Shown here: piece after piece, positions 60,149-64,000 of the stretch
How positions within the stretch are numbered: position 1 is the first letter of the stretch
Layout of the letters: every line of letters begins with the position of its first letter
Source of the DNA: Squalus acanthias
Taxonomy: Eukaryota
Length of the DNA stretch: 64,000 bases
NCBI GenBank assembly: GCA_030390025.1
Contig: CM059431.1
Location: 109,618,001 to 109,682,000 of the forward strand
Reading direction: 5' to 3'
Notes under the pieces: generated by a model
What the model was told of the DNA's origin: nothing
Database searches by the model: none
The model's input: the letters and a program-made list of their open reading frames with translations, nothing else
Made by a program: the position numbers and the translations under genes

Positions 60149-61654
60149 AAAAGATTTTGCACTATTTTTTGAAGAAAAGCAAGGGTTTCTTCCTGGCCAA
60201 TGTTTATCCCTCAACCAACATCACTAAAACGATTATCTGGTCATTATCACATTGCTGTTTGTGGGATCTTGCTGTGTGCAAGTTGGCTGCTGTGTTTCAC
60301 ACATTACAACAGTGACTACACTTCAAAAAGTACTTAATTGGCTGTAAAGCGTTTTGGGACGTCCTGAGGTGTATAATTGCAAGTCTTTCTTTTCTTTTCA
60401 CATAGAAATAATAATGTAAAAAAGTAGGTTAAATAATTTTTAAAATTGAATGAAAATAGCTGCATATTTTACTACACTACCTTAGTGTCTATTTTAGTAT
60501 TTCACATAATTTTATGCCAAAACAATCACCATGAGGTTAAACCGTGCGTAAAGTTCATTATTGGCCAATTATGCCGTGTGAAATAAATTTTAGCCAATCA
60601 TTAACTGACTGAATCACTGATACCACTCTTGTTTTACAACAGTTCACAATTGCCCAATAAATCCTCATGGGCTGACACCTATTAACCTCTCTATAAATAA
60701 TCAGACCTGGTCGGAAAACACTTCAAAATATCACTCACTGAAACCAGAATTACTAGCAACCCTCAACCAATTACTACTACTAAAAATAATGACAAAATTA
60801 TTTTATAAAATACTAACAAAATTCACAAATCTACAATAAAATACATGCCATACAGGAACTATAAACTTTCCACACACTAAGGGTGCAGTCCCAGACCATC
60901 GCCATTTATTGCTTTGTAAATTTGGCAATTCTATTGTAAATCACTTAATTGCAAAATAGTTATCAAATTGTATTCCCATATACAAATTGTATAAGCGTAT
61001 GTTTTTGCTTTTTTTCTTACAAAGGGCTATTTATCTTTATGGGAGAAGAATTGCTCTGGTTGCTATGTGTTACAACATCATAAGGCATGAATTTATAATG
61101 TCACTGCACGTAGCAATCAGAGCAATTCTTTCCCCATATTATAGAAAACAAGGAGCCCAAATGAAAATGGCAGGTGTGCGCCATTTTGCTTCTGAGGTTT
61201 TTTTTATTCAATCTAAATCCATTAGTGTTAATGAAAGGATATCAACTAATCGAGACCCATCTGTAAAAATCCTGCTTTCACACTTCTCAAGCACTTAATT
61301 TGGCACATAATTAGCATAAATGATGAATATTTTGCTCATCCAGCTGTTGAAGTGTGCAAAATCTGAGCTGAAGTGACCCGCAAAAGGTTTTTCAAATCCT
61401 GTGTTACAGACCATATTGAGGCACCGTTAGATAGCACCATTGAAATACATGGTACCATTTTGGGTTGAAGGGCTGGCCAACAAACATCCACAATGTAGCA
61501 GTAAACAGTGGTGGATTGAGGGGAGATACGGCTACAGCTCCGTTGATAAGTTCTCATCGCCAACCGGACTCCAGCTGGTAGCCCTAGCTTGGCCAAATTC
61601 CATGGGGCATCTCATGCACTCAAATGAATGAACTGGCAGAGTACAAGTCCGCTA

Positions 61655-62403
61655 CTCCAACAAGCGAGAGTCTAACCACCTCCCCTTGACATTCAACGGC
61701 ATTACCATCGCCGAATCCCCCACCATCAACATCCTGGGGGTCACCATTAACCAGAAACTTATTTGGACCAGCCACAGAAATACTGTGGCAACAAGAGCAG
61801 GTCAGAGGCAAGGTATTCTGCGATGAGTGTCTCACCTCCTGACTCCCCAAAGCCTTTCACCATCTACAAGGCACAAGTAAGGAGTGTGATGGAGTACTCT
61901 CCACTTGCCTGGATGAGTGCAGCTCCAACAACACGCAAGAAGCTCGACACCATCCAGGACAAAGCAGCACGCTTGATTGGCACCCCATCCACCACCTTAA
62001 ACATTCACTCCCTCCACCACCGGTGTACCGTGGCTGCAGTGTGTACCATCTACAAGATGCACTGCAGCAACTCGCCAAGGCTTCTTCAGCAGCACCTCCC
62101 AAACCCGCGACCTCTTCCACCTAGAAGGACAAGGGCAGCAGGCACATGGGAACACCACCTCCTCCAAGTTCCCCTCCAAGTCACACACCATCCTGACTTC
62201 GAAGTATATCGCCGTTCCTTCATCGTCGCTGGGTCAAAATCCTGGAACTCCCTCCCTAACAGCACTGTGGGAGCACCTTCACCACACGGACTGCAGCGGT
62301 TCAAGAAGGCGGCTCACCACCACCTTCTCAAGGGCAACTAGGGATGGGCAATAAATGCTGGCCTTGCCAGCGATGCCCACATCCCATAAACAAATTTTAA
62401 AAA
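61655..62403 (+). mobile_element. CR1-group LINE family B, 3' fragment
   Basis: Collinear with 19130-19883. Confidence 0.92.
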
Positions 62404-64000
62404 CATATGGGTAGGAGAGACATATATGGAGGATGAAATCAAAGACATACAATGAAAATAAATAAAATACTCATAACACTCAAATGAATGAACTTGCGGG
62501 TCGACTATATCAAGCAGTCTTTTTGTTGGCTAACTTTTGTAAACACATTTAGGTATGATCAAATCGAGGTAAAAACAGAAGAAAATGTCGCTGCTTCATT
62601 CCACCAGTCTTGCTTACTCACATCTACTTTTTTTAAATTCATCTGTACCCTTAGAGGAACATACAGCCCATAAAAATTGTGAAATGCTATAAAGCTTTAA
62701 ACCGATGGCCTACACCTATGCAAATGAGATTAGATGTATTTGTAACAGTAAAGTGTATTACTTCTTTCTATTTCAGTTTCTTTGTGAAATCTGGGGATAA
62801 GGTTTTAAAACTAAGTAAAGTATTTACTTTGTAATTCTGGGCTGATAGTTGGTCTATTACTTGTGATTTAATCATTTGCTATTACTTTATTGCCCTTAAA
62901 ATGTTTATATTAATTTTTAAAATCACTTTTGCCCTACAGAAATTCTGCTGTGAGAAAAAAGACATTGGGTGAGAAAGGTTATTTTGGTCCACCAAGCACG
63001 ATACTTCAGTAGACCGTGTACGATCTACCTTGTCATGGTTTCTTCTCCACTTGTCTCATCTCCTGATGAAAATTTCTGCAAACTTATTCTCTGCCCTGCG
63101 AAGGTAAATCAAGCAAAACTCCTGAAACTTACTGAATCGTATCCATCTTAAATGGTGAGTCATAGACCAGTCGGCTTCCTTGGCATGATGTTTCCATGGT
63201 GCAAGCAGCTCAGGAACCCACACTAACCTCTTCTACCTGTAATTAGTTACCTCTGTAAATATGATAACACTTGTGTGTGCCACTGCAAATGTCTTTTGCT
63301 TTGGTGATCAGTAGCAACAACATTTGATATATGCACTTAGACTGATGAACTCCATTATTCAGCTCTGGGTTCTGGTCAGTCAAGAGACAGAACTCACGGT
63401 GTAGTTCAGAGGTCATCAATGTCAGTGCACGAAGCATGCAGTACGGATTTCAAAACCCGCTCCAATAACGTCAAAACAACATACGCGATTTTTAAGAGAT
63501 TAGCGTCTACGTACATGTGAGGAAAGTTATTTATAAAACCACTGTCAGGCGCCACAGGCTTTATTTTGGTTTCCTATACTCTGATTGAGTTTCTTCAATA
63601 GCAAGTGTAAAATGAATATGGGATTGATCTTTGGATGGAATACCAGATTGACAAATAAATGACCATCTTCAATATTTGCTACAGGTAGGTCTGCCAGTGA
63701 TCATAGAGCAAGTTCATGGAAGTCGCCATTATACTTGACACAATCAGGCCTTGCCCTCTGATTTGAGAATTTCTGACTTTCCGATTTAGACATATTAGAG
63801 TATAACAGATAGTTGGGTGTGTGTTCAAGGCAGTAACACATTCAAAATATTTGAATGATGTCGTAAACCATCAGAGCAGTTCATGAATATCATCCAAACA
63901 GCAAGAATGCTGATTAAAGCTCAGCCCCACACTTGTTTCTTCTATTTGTCTGTTTCATATCCAGGGTTTCATTTGTTTCCTCTTCTATCTAAGTTCTCCC

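Overview
Repeat-dominated vertebrate genomic DNA, most likely from a cartilaginous fish (shark), judged from abundant Deu-domain SacSINE1-type SINEs and HER/CR1 LINEs. No host protein-coding gene is recognisable, so the window is probably intergenic or within a large intron. It is a nested mobile-element landscape. (i) Four large PIF/Harbinger DNA transposons and several MITEs with ~12-bp GGSC..ATTTT TIRs and 3-bp TSDs; two carry the convergent two-gene set (HARBI1-like DDE transposase plus a 3-exon Myb/SANT-like protein), and one transposase is broken by only a single nonsense codon. (ii) Five Penelope-like (RT + GIY-YIG) insertions carrying minimal hammerhead ribozyme motifs, with stereotyped inverted ends and 12-13-bp TSDs. 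(iii) Three long (1.5-1.8 kb) TG...CA solo LTRs with 4-bp TSDs from two families that I cannot align by eye except for a shared covarying hairpin/B-box-like motif after the poly(A) signal. (iv) Many CR1, L2 and CR1-group LINE fragments, SINEs and C/G-run minisatellites. All calls come from reading the sequence; no database search was run.
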